Shown here piece after piece: positions 32,270 to 42,448 of a stretch of 64,000 nucleotides of DNA (position 1 is its first letter; each line of letters starts with the position of its first letter). The stretch spans positions 23,286 to 87,285 of the forward strand of contig SKGQ01000037.1 in NCBI GenBank assembly GCA_007117515.1, in the 5' to 3' direction. The translations under genes and the position numbers were made by a program. This DNA comes from Ectothiorhodospiraceae bacterium. GTDB taxonomy: Bacteria > Pseudomonadota > Gammaproteobacteria > Nitrococcales > Aquisalimonadaceae. The notes below the pieces were generated by a model. It was not told where the DNA came from. It saw nothing but the letters and a program-made list of their open reading frames with translations, and did not search any database.

Positions 32270-32575
32270 TTATCCGTAAACGTCCAGGCCAGTGCAAGCT
32301 TTCGCCGGGACTGCCGCCGGCTGGATGGACAACATTGCAGTAAGCACGGGGGCAGGTGGTCTTCCGATAGCGGATGGGCCAGTGCAAGCTTTCGTCTGGC
32401 CTGACGAACCTTCGGTCCAACAGGGCCAGCCGAAAACTTCCACTGCCCCTACCAGACTGAGAATGGTGTTGCTTCGTCCGGACGAAGCCCCCGACTTTCG
32501 ACGCGATCCGGACACGCGCCGCTATACCGGTTGGCACGGGGCATGATGTGGAACGGAATCCCGGCGGACCCTGAT
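32270..32575. ncRNA. Candidate structured non-coding RNA or repeat element, family unknown
   Basis: 394-nt gap between convergent genes with nested helices, an 18-nt direct repeat at 90-nt spacing and a perfect 18-nt palindrome; strand and boundaries uncertain. Confidence 0.4.
32287..32394. repeat. Direct repeat GGCCAGTGCAAGCTTTCG, two copies (32287-32304 and 32377-32394)
   Basis: Read directly from the sequence; 18/18 identical. Confidence 0.9.
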
Positions 32576-32602
32576 TTTCGAGCGTCAGCAGCCTGGGCGT
32601 CG

Positions 32603-34054
32603 CTACCGGCGCCAGAACGCCGGGGTGAACAGGACGAGGAGGGTAAAGATCTCGAGGCGGCCGAGCAGCATCGCGAACATCAGGATCCACTTGGCCACGC
32701 CGCCAATCTCACCGTAGTTGGCCGCCACGTCACCCAGACCCGGCCCCAGATTGGTGATGTTAGCCGCTACCGCCGAGAACGCCGTCACCTGGTCCAGCCC
32801 GGTGGCCATCATCGCCAGCATCATGATCGCGAACAGTGCGATGTAGGCGGCGAAAAAGCCCCAGACGGCGTCGGTGATGCGTTCATTCACCGCCCTGTTA
32901 CCCACTTTCACCAGCACCTGGGCCTGGGGATGAACCAGCCGGATCAGCTCTCGATACCCCTGCTTGATCAGCAGTGCAAAACGGATCACCTTGATGCCCC
33001 CGCCGGTGGACATGGCACAGCCGCCGATGAACGCGGTACTGACCAGCAATACCGGCAGAAACACCGGCCACTGGTCGAAATCGGCGGTGGCGAACCCGGC
33101 AGTGGTGCCAATCGACACTGCCTGGAAGATCGCCTTGGTGAAGTTCTCATTGACCGAGTCAAAGGTGCCGAACAGGATCAGCGTTGCGAAAGTGACCACT
33201 GTTACCGTTGTCAGGATCCCGAAATACCAGCGCGCCTCGGTATCGCGAAAATAATGGCGAATGCTCCGGCGACGCCAGGCCACGAAGTGCAGGGCGAAAT
33301 TGATGCCGGCAATCAGCATGAAAAACACACAGATCATCTCGATCAGGGGACTGTCAAAGTGGCCGATGCTGGCGTCATAGGTGGAGTAGCCACCAATCGC
33401 TACCGTCGAAAAGCTGTGACCAATGGCATCGAACACGCTCATGCCCGCCAACCAGTAGGCGGCGGCGCAGGCGATGGTCAGCGTCAGATAGATATACCAG
33501 AGCGCCTTGGCGGTTTCGGCGATGCGCGGGGTGAGCTTGCTGTCCTTGACCGGACCTGGCGTCTCGGCGCGGTAGAGCTGCATGCCGCCGACACCGAGCA
33601 TCGGCAGGATCGCCACCGCCAGCACGATGATGCCCATGCCCCCCATCCATTGCAGCTGCTGGCGATAGAAGCGAATTGAATGCGGCAGATCGTCGATGCC
33701 GGTGAGGATCGTGGCACCGGTGGTGGTCAGACCGGACAGGCTCTCGAAGGCGGCATCGGTCAGCGAGATCGACGGGGCCGTGGACAGGAACAGCGGCACG
33801 GCGCCGGCCATGCCGAGCACCGTCCAGAACAGGACCACGATCAGAAAACCGTCCCGGATCCGCAGCTCGTGCCGCACCCGGTGGACCGGCAACCAGAGAA
33901 TGGCGCCGAAGAGGACGATCAGCACGAAAGAGGCCAGGAACGGGACCACGCCGGCGTCCTGATACATCAGCGCAACCAGGAACGGCGGCAGCATGCTGAT
34001 GCTGAACACCATCAGCAGCAGCCCCAGAACGCGTTGCACCGCCGTCCAGTGCAT
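32603..34054 (-). CDS. trkH: Trk potassium uptake membrane protein
   Basis: ESLSGLTTTGAT, WMGGMGII, STGGGIK, GRLEI. Confidence 0.96.
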   Translation of the reverse strand: MHWTAVQRVLGLLLMVFSISMLPPFLVALMYQDAGVVPFLASFVLIVLFGAILWLPVHRVRHELRIRDGFLIVVLFWTVLGMAGAVPLFLSTAPSISLTDAAFESLSGLTTTGATILTGIDDLPHSIRFYRQQLQWMGGMGIIVLAVAILPMLGVGGMQLYRAETPGPVKDSKLTPRIAETAKALWYIYLTLTIACAAAYWLAGMSVFDAIGHSFSTVAIGGYSTYDASIGHFDSPLIEMICVFFMLIAGINFALHFVAWRRRSIRHYFRDTEARWYFGILTTVTVVTFATLILFGTFDSVNENFTKAIFQAVSIGTTAGFATADFDQWPVFLPVLLVSTAFIGGCAMSTGGGIKVIRFALLIKQGYRELIRLVHPQAQVLVKVGNRAVNERITDAVWGFFAAYIALFAIMMLAMMATGLDQVTAFSAVAANITNLGPGLGDVAANYGEIGGVAKWILMFAMLLGRLEIFTLLVLFTPAFWRR

Positions 34055-34056
34055 GG

Positions 34057-35436
34057 TTAACCGAAGAATCCCATGCCGACCTGAAACAGGCGTTCGACCT
34101 CGGGAATCAGTCGCTTGTCGACCATGAAAATCACGACGTGATCTTCGGGCTCGATAACGGTGTCCCTATGCGCCATCAGCACCTCGTCACCCCGCACCAG
34201 GCAGCCGATGGTGGCGCCGCGGGGCAGGGCGATTTCCTCGATGCTGCGGCCCACCACCCTGGATGATTCCCGATTGCCGTGGGCCACCGCCTCAATGGCC
34301 TCGGCGGCACCACGGCGCAAGCTGTGCACCATGACTACATCGCCACGCCGGACATGCGCCAGCAGCGTGCCGATGGTCGCCTGCTGCGGTGAGATCGCGA
34401 TGTCGATATCCTCGCCGCCCTGCACCAGATTGACGTAGGCCGGCCGATTGATGAGCGTCATCACCATTCGCGCACCAAGGCGCTTGGCCAGCATGCCCGA
34501 CAGGATATTGGCCTCGTCGTCATTGGTCAGGGCGCAGAACATATCGGTGTTCTCGATGTTCTCCTCCTGCAGCAGCTCCTCGTCGGCGGCATCGCCGCGG
34601 AGCACAATTGTCCTGCGCAGATCCTCGGCGATGGCCCTGGAGCGCTCCTCGGAACGTTCGATGAGCTTGACCTGGTAACGCGTCTCCAGCGCCTGGGCCA
34701 GACGCTTACCGATATTGCCGCCGCCGGCCAGAACAATGCGTTTGATCGGCTTGTCCAGTCGTCGCAGTTCGCTCATCACCGCCCGGATGTTCTTGCGCGC
34801 GGCGACGAAGAACACCTCGTCGCCGGCCTCGATAATCGTGTCGCCCTGGGGAATCATCGCCTTGCCACGGCGGAATATCGCGGCAACCCGCGCATGATCG
34901 CCGGAGATGTGCTCGCGCAGGGTCTTCAGTTCGTGCCCCACCAGCAACCCCCCGTAATAGGCCCGCACGCCCACCAGACGCACCTTGCCGCCGGCGAAAT
35001 CCAGCACCTGCAGCGCGCCAGGATGCTCCACCAGGCGCTTGATGTACTGGGTCACCAGTTGCTCAGGACTGATCAGGACATCGATCGGCAGGGCCTTGTC
35101 GGAAAACAGCTGCGGATAGTTCAGGTACTCGACAGCGCGCACGCGGGCAATCTTGGTCGGCGTATTGAACAGCGTCGCAGCCACCTGACAGGCCACCATA
35201 TTGGCCTCGTCGCTGTTGGTCACGGCGATGATCATGTCGGCATCGTCGGCACCGGCCTGGTTCAACACCGCCGGATGCGTGGCGTTGCCGTGTACCGTGC
35301 GCAGATCCAGCTTGTCCTGAAGGTCACCCAGCAGGCGGCGATTGATGTCGACGATGGTCACATCATTAGCCTCACTGGCAAGATTCTGCGCCAGCGAGCT
35401 GCCCACCTGTCCGGCACCGAGGATGATGATCTTCAT
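34057..35436 (-). CDS. trkA: Trk potassium uptake NAD-binding protein
   Basis: Two RCK domains (GAGQVG, GGGNIG). Confidence 0.96.
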   Translation of the reverse strand: MKIIILGAGQVGSSLAQNLASEANDVTIVDINRRLLGDLQDKLDLRTVHGNATHPAVLNQAGADDADMIIAVTNSDEANMVACQVAATLFNTPTKIARVRAVEYLNYPQLFSDKALPIDVLISPEQLVTQYIKRLVEHPGALQVLDFAGGKVRLVGVRAYYGGLLVGHELKTLREHISGDHARVAAIFRRGKAMIPQGDTIIEAGDEVFFVAARKNIRAVMSELRRLDKPIKRIVLAGGGNIGKRLAQALETRYQVKLIERSEERSRAIAEDLRRTIVLRGDAADEELLQEENIENTDMFCALTNDDEANILSGMLAKRLGARMVMTLINRPAYVNLVQGGEDIDIAISPQQATIGTLLAHVRRGDVVMVHSLRRGAAEAIEAVAHGNRESSRVVGRSIEEIALPRGATIGCLVRGDEVLMAHRDTVIEPEDHVVIFMVDKRLIPEVERLFQVGMGFFG

Positions 35437-35451
35437 GTGCGGCGGTTACCT

Positions 35452-36822
35452 TCAGAAATCATTTGGATCAATACCCAGCGCCTTGAGTTTGCGATACAGG
35501 TGAGTCCGCTCCATGCCCGCCAGCTTGGCCAGTTCGCCAACGCTGCCACCGGCCTCACGCAGTTGGTGCTGCAGATACAATCGTTCGAATTCCTCGCGGG
35601 CGTCGCGCAGCGGTCGATCAAAGGGCATGCCCAGACCGCCGGTGCTGGCGCCAGCGGCCCGTGCCACCGAGCCGCCAAGGGCAGCCTCGACCTCGGCCAG
35701 CTCGATCTCCTGTCCCTCACCGAGAATCAACAGTCGCTGCACCAGGTTCTTCAGTTCGCGCACGTTGCCCGGCCAGGAATACTGCAGCAGCCGGTTGCGT
35801 GCCGGCGTGCTGAGTCGACGACTGGGCAGCCCTTCCTGGCTGGGATAGGACTCGAGGAAGAACGCCAGCAGCGCGTCCACATCCTCCGGCCGTTCCCGCA
35901 GCGGCGGAATCTGCAAGGGCACCACATTGAGGTGGTAGTACAGGTCCTCGCGGAAACGGCCTTCCTGGACTTCCTGCTCGAGATCGACCCGGGTCGCGGC
36001 AAGTACGCGAACGTCCACCTCCACTGGCCCGGCCCCGCCGACGCGATGAAACGAACGACTGTTGAGGGCGCTGAGCAGCCGCACCTGGGCCTGCAGGTCC
36101 AGGTCGGCCACTTCATCGATGAAGAGCGTGCCGTTATTGGCCTGCTCCAGTCGGCCATAAAGCAAGCGGCCGCCTTCCTCGCTGCCGAACAACTCCTGGG
36201 CTGCCCCGGTGCCGGCGATGGAACCGGCCGCCACCTCTATGAACGGACCGTTGCGCCGGTTGCTGCACTGATGCAGGTAATGACCATAGGTGCGCTTGCC
36301 GCTACCGGCCTCTCCCATGATCAGTACCCAGGTATCATGACTGGCAAGCCGCTTGACCTGATTGCGCAGGGTTTCAGTGGCGGCACTGCGCCCGACAGGC
36401 TCGACGATGGTGCCGGCCTGGCGGCGCAGGCCGACGTTCTCGCGCCGCAGACGATCAGCGTCCAGCGCCCGCTCCACCACCAGCAACAGCTTGGCCATCG
36501 ACAGGGGTTTTTCAATGAAGTCATAGGCACCCAGACGGGTCGCCTCAACCGCGGTCTCGACGGTGCCGTGACCGGACATCATCACCACCGGACAGGGCAG
36601 GCCGGCGCCTTCCGCCCACTCCTTGAGCAATGAAACGCCGTCCTGATCCGGCATCCAGATGTCGAGCAGAATCAGGTCCGGACGCCGCAGCCGCAGGGCC
36701 GCTCGCGCCGCCGCTGCGTTCTCCGCTATCTGGACATGATAATCCTCATCCTCGAGGATCTCCTGCACCAGGCTCCGGATATCCGGTTCATCATCGACAA
36801 CAAGAATATGCGATGCAGTCAT
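35452..36822 (-). CDS. ntrX: NtrX-like response regulator (REC-AAA-Fis HTH)
   Basis: LILLDIWMPDQDG, GEAGSGK, FREDLYYHLNVVP, GMERTHLYRKLK; GAFTGA absent. Confidence 0.88.
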   Translation of the reverse strand: MTASHILVVDDEPDIRSLVQEILEDEDYHVQIAENAAAARAALRLRRPDLILLDIWMPDQDGVSLLKEWAEGAGLPCPVVMMSGHGTVETAVEATRLGAYDFIEKPLSMAKLLLVVERALDADRLRRENVGLRRQAGTIVEPVGRSAATETLRNQVKRLASHDTWVLIMGEAGSGKRTYGHYLHQCSNRRNGPFIEVAAGSIAGTGAAQELFGSEEGGRLLYGRLEQANNGTLFIDEVADLDLQAQVRLLSALNSRSFHRVGGAGPVEVDVRVLAATRVDLEQEVQEGRFREDLYYHLNVVPLQIPPLRERPEDVDALLAFFLESYPSQEGLPSRRLSTPARNRLLQYSWPGNVRELKNLVQRLLILGEGQEIELAEVEAALGGSVARAAGASTGGLGMPFDRPLRDAREEFERLYLQHQLREAGGSVGELAKLAGMERTHLYRKLKALGIDPNDF

Positions 36823-39023
36823 GTGCCATTCCCGCCCAGGCGGGCTCCTTGTGCTGAAAGGGGTACCGACGGTGACGAGCCGTTGACCGGCAGCGGAAAC
36901 CGCAGCTTCACCAGAGCGCCGTCGGCAAGATTCTCGGCGCCGATCTGGCCGCTATGTTCCTCGACGATCTTCTTGACGATGGCCATGCCCAGGCCCGTAC
37001 CACGTGACTTGGTCGTAACGTAGGGCTCGAACAAGTGTGCCAGCACCTCCTCGCTGAAGCCGGGACCGTAGTCCCGAACCTGAAGCTGGACACCGCGGAA
37101 GTGCCCATCGTCGACAGTGCTGGTGATCAACTCAAGTCGGCCATCGCCGCCGGCGGCCGCCTCCAGCGCATTCTTCAGCAGATTGTGCAGCAACTGGCGC
37201 AGCCGTCCCGGATCGCCACGCAGTTTGGGCAGGCCCTCGGCCAGTTTCAGAGAAACGCTCATGTCATCGCTGCGGTAAAGCTCGGCCACCTGCCGCACCA
37301 ATGCGTTCAGGTCCACCGGTACCAGTTGCAGATGCGGTGGTTGAGCGTATTCGCTGAAGGCGTTGACCATGGTCTTCATCGCCTCCACCTGCTCGATAAT
37401 CGTATGGGTGCCTCGATCCAGCAGATCACGCTCGCGCCCCTCCAGCACCGGCAGGCACTTGTGCCGCATGCGCTCGGCGGAGAGCTGAATCGGCGTCAGG
37501 GGATTCTTGATCTCGTGCGCCAGGCGGCGCGCCACTTCGGCCCAGGCGGCATCCCGCTGGGCCTGGATCAGCGTTGTGACGTCATCGAACACGATGACAT
37601 GACCGCCGGTGCCGATGGCACCGGGCAGGCTGGCGCCACTGCACATCAGCACGAGACGGCCCCCGGGCACCGTCACCGTGACCTGCTCGCGCCATTCGCC
37701 GACATTCTCGTTCAGCCGCCGCTGGACCAGTTCCGAAAACGCCAGCAGCCCTGTTTGCCGCCGGCCCAGGGCACTCAGGCTCTCCCCGGTGAATTCGGTC
37801 AGCGACAGACCCAGGATCTGGTCCGCGGCGCGGTTCCAGGTCCGCAGTCGACCACCGCGGTCAAGCGCCACGACGCCCGATGAAAGCCGGCCGAGCACGG
37901 TTTCCAGGTAGGCCCGCTGGTTCTCGACCTGGGCCTGACTGCTGCTTGCAGCGTCCCGCGCCTGGGCAACCCGGAGGCTCATGTCATTGAAGGACCGGAC
38001 CAGAAAGCCCAGTTCATCGCGCCCGGCCGGCGGCAGCTGGGTGCCGTATTCGCCGGCGGCCACCGCGCGCGTGCCTTCCGCCAGCTGTCGGATCGGCTCG
38101 ACCAGCTTGCGCGCGGCGAAGAATGCCGACCAGACGGCAAACAGCACGCTCAGCAACAGCACCAGGGACAGGGTCAGGGTGAAGGTTTCCTGCAGCGGCC
38201 GCGCCAGATACCCGACTTCCTGATGCCTGGCATACGCCTGCTGCACCTCGTCGGCGAGTGCGTTGACCCGCGGCGACACCGGGAACAGGCCCTGAAGCAG
38301 GCGCTGGTCCGGCATGCCATCGCTGCCCGGTGCCAGCACCAGCACGCGAATCTGCAGGCCGGCGTCGCCCACCGGATCCAGACCCACGTAGGGCCGTCCC
38401 TGACGCAGCTGCAGCAGGATGTCCTCTTCCGGGCGGTGCGGCAGCATCGCCGAGGGCTCCTGGGCGCTGGTGGCGATGATCCGGCCACTGGATGCCATCA
38501 GGGTCAGCTCCGTGGCACCCAGCTGTTCACGCATTTCGCCAAGCCGGATTGGCGCCACGGCATCACTCATGCCGTGCACATTGACCGCGGCGCGCTCGGT
38601 ACGCCGCAGCAACTCGCGCATGCGAACGTCAAACGACGCCTGGGACAGATTCAGCGCATCCTCCAGAACACGCTGCTCCATCCGGGTATCGAACCAGGAG
38701 TCGATGCCCTGATGCAGAAACTGAACGGAGAAGTAATAGACCACGCTCACAGGAACGAGAGCGAGCACCACGAACATGGTCACCAGGCGCACGGTGATGC
38801 GGCTGCCAGGCTGATCGCGGCGGCGCTGCAGCACCAGCCGGGTCAGATTCCAGGCGATCAGGCCGAGCAATCCGGCCAGACAGATACTGTTGAAGAACAG
38901 TAGCCAGGGATGCAGCCGACCGAACACCTCGGTATTCTGGGTCGCGGCACTCAGCAAGTAGAGCGAAACCAGCAGCAGGGCGCAAAGGGCCAGGCGCACT
39001 GCGCCCTCCCGGGGCAGACGCAT
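36819..39023 (-). CDS. ntrY: NtrY-like sensor histidine kinase
   Basis: AWAEVARRLAHEIKNPLTPIQL, EPYVTTKSRGTGLG; conserved position between DUF4390 and ntrX. Confidence 0.88.
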   Translation of the reverse strand: MRLPREGAVRLALCALLLVSLYLLSAATQNTEVFGRLHPWLLFFNSICLAGLLGLIAWNLTRLVLQRRRDQPGSRITVRLVTMFVVLALVPVSVVYYFSVQFLHQGIDSWFDTRMEQRVLEDALNLSQASFDVRMRELLRRTERAAVNVHGMSDAVAPIRLGEMREQLGATELTLMASSGRIIATSAQEPSAMLPHRPEEDILLQLRQGRPYVGLDPVGDAGLQIRVLVLAPGSDGMPDQRLLQGLFPVSPRVNALADEVQQAYARHQEVGYLARPLQETFTLTLSLVLLLSVLFAVWSAFFAARKLVEPIRQLAEGTRAVAAGEYGTQLPPAGRDELGFLVRSFNDMSLRVAQARDAASSSQAQVENQRAYLETVLGRLSSGVVALDRGGRLRTWNRAADQILGLSLTEFTGESLSALGRRQTGLLAFSELVQRRLNENVGEWREQVTVTVPGGRLVLMCSGASLPGAIGTGGHVIVFDDVTTLIQAQRDAAWAEVARRLAHEIKNPLTPIQLSAERMRHKCLPVLEGRERDLLDRGTHTIIEQVEAMKTMVNAFSEYAQPPHLQLVPVDLNALVRQVAELYRSDDMSVSLKLAEGLPKLRGDPGRLRQLLHNLLKNALEAAAGGDGRLELITSTVDDGHFRGVQLQVRDYGPGFSEEVLAHLFEPYVTTKSRGTGLGMAIVKKIVEEHSGQIGAENLADGALVKLRFPLPVNGSSPSVPLSAQGARLGGNGT

Positions 39024-39607
39024 CAGCCTTCCAGTTGCCATGTGTACCACTCACTGACCAGGCGCCAGTTGGGATTGACGTATGCCACGGTACGCAGCGG
39101 GTGCGGCAGGGCGTCCAGATCCAGCCGCACCCTGGCTTCCACCGAATAGGTCTGGCTTGCCTCCAGTTGACTGCGCCGGACCAGCGGCACGGTATCAAGC
39201 GTTGTCCAGGCAGCCAGCGCCACATCACGCCGGAAAAAAGTTCGGCGATCGCCAGTGGCACGATTGTGAATGACATAGCGGCGACTCAGGGCGTGATAGC
39301 GCAGTTCCTGCCGCTGGCTGAACTCCGCCACCTCGGCATCCCACCACCAGCGGCGGGGCCGGAGCACGCGAACCTGCAGTTCCATGGTCAGCGGCACGCC
39401 GTTTTCCAACGCATCGCGGGCATCGGCACCCAACTCAACGTCAAAGCGTGCGTCCAGATAGAGCAGATCGGTACCCGTGCGGATGTTGCCGTTAACCAGA
39501 CTGAAACCCGGCGTGTCGGCCCAGGCCGAGCCACCCAGACTGACCAGCACCAGGGTCAGCGGCAGGAACAGCCATCGTCGGAGCGCCACCGGGAATTGCC
39601 AGCTCAC
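39023..39607 (-). CDS. DUF4390 domain exported protein
   Basis: Signal peptide, ALENGVPL motif, conserved position after rsmB; start uncertain (39607 or 39631). Confidence 0.8.
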   Translation of the reverse strand: MSWQFPVALRRWLFLPLTLVLVSLGGSAWADTPGFSLVNGNIRTGTDLLYLDARFDVELGADARDALENGVPLTMELQVRVLRPRRWWWDAEVAEFSQRQELRYHALSRRYVIHNRATGDRRTFFRRDVALAAWTTLDTVPLVRRSQLEASQTYSVEARVRLDLDALPHPLRTVAYVNPNWRLVSEWYTWQLEG

Positions 39608-39612
39608 AACCC

Positions 39613-40929
39613 TTATTCCTTGCGCAGGCACGCGTAGTAGAAACCGTCCATGTCCGCCTCGCCGGCCGGAATCTGGCGTCCGACCGGTCGCTCGAACCCC
39701 CAGTGGGCATCAATGCGGACCGGCTTGACCGCCTCATGCTCCTGCATGAAGCGCTCGACAACCAACTCGTTCTCCGCCCGAAAGGCGGAACAGGTGGCGT
39801 AGAGCAGCATACCGCCCGATGCCAGCAGCGGCCAGGCAGCGGAGAGCAATCGATATTGCAGTGCGGCAAGGGCATCGATATCACCCGCCTGCCGCAGGAG
39901 CTTGATATCCGGATGCCTGCGAATGACACCGCTGGCGGAACACGGTGCATCGAGCAGGATGCGCTGGTAAGGCTCGCCATCCCACCAGCTATCCGGCTTG
40001 CTGCCATCGCCAACGCACAGCCTGGCATCCAGGCCGAGTCGCTGCAGGTTTTCGCGCAGGCGATCCAGCCGACCGCCGTCGACATCCACGGCGGTCAGGC
40101 CGGCAATCTCGGGGAAGCGTTCCAGTATGTGGCAGGTCTTGCTGCCCGGTGCCGCACACAGATCCAACACACGATCGCCGGACTGCGGCGCCAGCAGTCC
40201 GGCTGCGAGCTGGCCCGCGGCATCCTGCACGGAGACCAGCCCCTCGGCGAAACCCGGCAGACGCTCCACCGGCAGCGGTCGCTCAAGCAGGACGGCGTCG
40301 GCCGCGTGGGGATGCGGGGCGGCGCCAATGCCCGCCGCAGCCAGACTTCCAAGATAGGTATCTCTCGAGCCGAGCCGGCGATTGACCCGCAACGTCATCG
40401 GCGGACGCGTGTTGTTTGCGGCGGCGATATCCTGCCAGTGATCCGGCCAGTCCGCCTGCAGCCGGTCCAGCATCCAGCCGGGATGCGACCAGCGGGCAAC
40501 GGCGTCCGTCGGGCTGTCCAGCAACTTTCCCGCCTCTCGCAGCGCCCGCCGCAGCACTGCATTGACCAGGCCGGGCGCCCAGGGCCGCCCGAGGGTGCGG
40601 GCCGCAGCGACAGTTTCCGACACCGCCGCATGGGCCGGTGTGCGCGCATGCAGGCATTGGTAGAGACCGCAAAGCAGCAGCGCGTGAACCGCGCCCTCCT
40701 TGCGCCGCAACGGCTTGCTCAGAAGTTGCTGCAGGATGTCATCCAGCTGGTGATACCAGCGCAGTGTTCCGAATACATATTCCTGCACCAGCGGGCGATC
40801 CTCTGCATCCAGTGCCGCCAGGCGCGGCGGCAGCGCATCGGTCAGCGACCGCTGGCGACGGATGACATCATCCAGCGCCAGGGCGGCGGCGGTGCGTGGT
40901 GAGTTTTTCACGGCGGCTGTCTGTGCCAT
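39613..40929 (-). CDS. rsmB: 16S rRNA m5C967 methyltransferase
   Basis: VQDAAGQ, DLCAAPGSKT, LLDAPCSASGVIRRHPDIK. Confidence 0.96.
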   Translation of the reverse strand: MAQTAAVKNSPRTAAALALDDVIRRQRSLTDALPPRLAALDAEDRPLVQEYVFGTLRWYHQLDDILQQLLSKPLRRKEGAVHALLLCGLYQCLHARTPAHAAVSETVAAARTLGRPWAPGLVNAVLRRALREAGKLLDSPTDAVARWSHPGWMLDRLQADWPDHWQDIAAANNTRPPMTLRVNRRLGSRDTYLGSLAAAGIGAAPHPHAADAVLLERPLPVERLPGFAEGLVSVQDAAGQLAAGLLAPQSGDRVLDLCAAPGSKTCHILERFPEIAGLTAVDVDGGRLDRLRENLQRLGLDARLCVGDGSKPDSWWDGEPYQRILLDAPCSASGVIRRHPDIKLLRQAGDIDALAALQYRLLSAAWPLLASGGMLLYATCSAFRAENELVVERFMQEHEAVKPVRIDAHWGFERPVGRQIPAGEADMDGFYYACLRKE

Positions 40930-40932
40930 GGA

Positions 40933-41880
40933 TCAGCCGAGCTGCTCGCCGGGCTGCAAGGCATGGCCGTTGAGAAAGTCGGCCACCGGCATGGCGCGCC
41001 CGCCTTCCGCCTGCAGTTCAAGCAATCGCAGAACGCCGTCACCACAGGCGACCAAAATACCGTCGGCGGAAACCTCAACCACGGTCCCGGGCGGCCCCGC
41101 GTTTACCTGGCCGCTGGACGCGACAGCAGCCCGCCAGAGTCGCAGGCGTCTCCCGTCACGCCCGGTCTCGGCCACCGGCCAGGGGTTGAACGCGGCAATA
41201 CGGCGCTGGATCGCGGCCGCCGACTCGGACCAGTCGATCCGGGCTTCGGCTTTCTGCAGCTTGTCTGCATAGCTGGCCTGCGAGTCGTCCTGGGGCTCGG
41301 CAACGAGACGCCCGGCCAACAGATCATCCAGCGACTCGGCCAAAAGCGATGCGCCGATCAGCGACAGGCGATCATGCAGTGTGCCACCGGTGTCGTCGGC
41401 ATGAATCGGAGTAACCGCCCGGGCCAGCACCGGGCCGGTGTCCAGCCCTCGCTGCATCTGCATGAGACAGACGCCGGTTTCCGCATCACCAGCGAGAATC
41501 GCGCGCTGGATCGGGGCCGCGCCGCGCCAGCGTGGCAGCAGAGACGCATGGATGTTGACACAGCCTAGCCGCGGGATGTCGAGGGCGGCCTGCGGCAGGA
41601 TCAAACCGTAGGCAACCACAATCATCAGCTCCGGCTGCAAGGCCGCCAGGGCATCGCGGGCGGCGCTGTCACGCAGCGTCTCCGGCTGCTGTACCGGCAG
41701 GTCGTGATCCAGGGCACATTGCTTCACCGGGGAAGGTCGCAGCCGTCGACCACGTCCGGCCGGCCGGTCCGGCTGGGTGTAAACCGCACAGGGCGGGTGG
41801 CCGGCGTCGATCAGCGCCTGCAGCGGCGGCACCGAAAAATCAGGGGTGCCCGCAAACACGATACGCGGGGGATGTGGCAT
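40933..41880 (-). CDS. fmt: Methionyl-tRNA formyltransferase
   Basis: [25 protein letters not shown]. Confidence 0.97.
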   Translation of the reverse strand: MPHPPRIVFAGTPDFSVPPLQALIDAGHPPCAVYTQPDRPAGRGRRLRPSPVKQCALDHDLPVQQPETLRDSAARDALAALQPELMIVVAYGLILPQAALDIPRLGCVNIHASLLPRWRGAAPIQRAILAGDAETGVCLMQMQRGLDTGPVLARAVTPIHADDTGGTLHDRLSLIGASLLAESLDDLLAGRLVAEPQDDSQASYADKLQKAEARIDWSESAAAIQRRIAAFNPWPVAETGRDGRRLRLWRAAVASSGQVNAGPPGTVVEVSADGILVACGDGVLRLLELQAEGGRAMPVADFLNGHALQPGEQLG

Positions 41881-41938
41881 GAGCGGCCCCGGAGGTCAGG
41901 AGGGTGGTATGTCGCGCACCGCGGCTGCGAGGAGCAGC

Positions 41939-42448
41939 TCAGGCGGTACTCGCGTGCCGTGCCTGCTTTTCCAATTTCTTCCGCACCCGCTTGCGCTTCA
42001 GCTCCGACAGATAGTCGATGAACAGCTTGCCATCCAGGTGATCGATTTCGTGCTGGATGCAGACTGCCAGCAGGCCATCGGTTTCCAGTTCGAAGGTCCG
42101 GCCGTGCTGATCCACGGCACGAACGTGCACCCACTCGGCGCGAGGCACGTCATCGTAATAGCCAGGAATGGAAAGGCAACCTTCCTGGCCCTTGCAACTG
42201 CCACCGCTGTCGAGGATTTCCGGATTGATGAAGACCTGCGGCTCCGAACGATCCTCGGTCAGGTCCATCACCACCACCCGCTGATGCACGTCGATCTGGG
42301 TCGCGGCGAGCCCGATTCCGGGGGCCTCGTACATGGTGTCAAACATGTCGTCGACCAGTCCGCGGATCACGTCGTCCACAGTGTTCACCGGTTTTGCCAC
42401 CGTGCGCAGGCGCGGGTCGGGGTAGCTCAGGATGTCTCGTATCGCCAT
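41939..42448 (-). CDS. def: Peptide deformylase
   Basis: [22 protein letters not shown]. Confidence 0.97.
   Translation of the reverse strand: MAIRDILSYPDPRLRTVAKPVNTVDDVIRGLVDDMFDTMYEAPGIGLAATQIDVHQRVVVMDLTEDRSEPQVFINPEILDSGGSCKGQEGCLSIPGYYDDVPRAEWVHVRAVDQHGRTFELETDGLLAVCIQHEIDHLDGKLFIDYLSELKRKRVRKKLEKQARHASTA

Noticed and set aside
32287-32394. Mini CRISPR array
   Set aside because: Only two 18-nt repeats with a 72-nt structured spacer, and no cas genes in the window.
32530-32548. Sigma-54 promoter (TGGCAC) in the structured gap
   Set aside because: The -12 element reads ATGA instead of TTGC; other TGGCAC hits (near 31235, 31293, 50545) also lack it.
32209-32602. Identification of the gap as RNase P RNA, tmRNA, 6S, SRP, a TPP or cobalamin riboswitch, or a hammerhead ribozyme
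   Set aside because: Only short fragments match (CCAGTGCAA, CTGAGA, CTGCCCCCG, CTGACGA). Diagnostic cores such as GAGGAAAGTCC, GGGAA..GCCACTG, or CUGANGA-stem-GAAA in the correct geometry are missing.
32145-32690. ORFs of 181, 81 and 84 aa across the lpxL-trkH gap
   Set aside because: No RBS or recognisable motif, and they overlap real genes; the sequence is better explained by RNA-like pairing.
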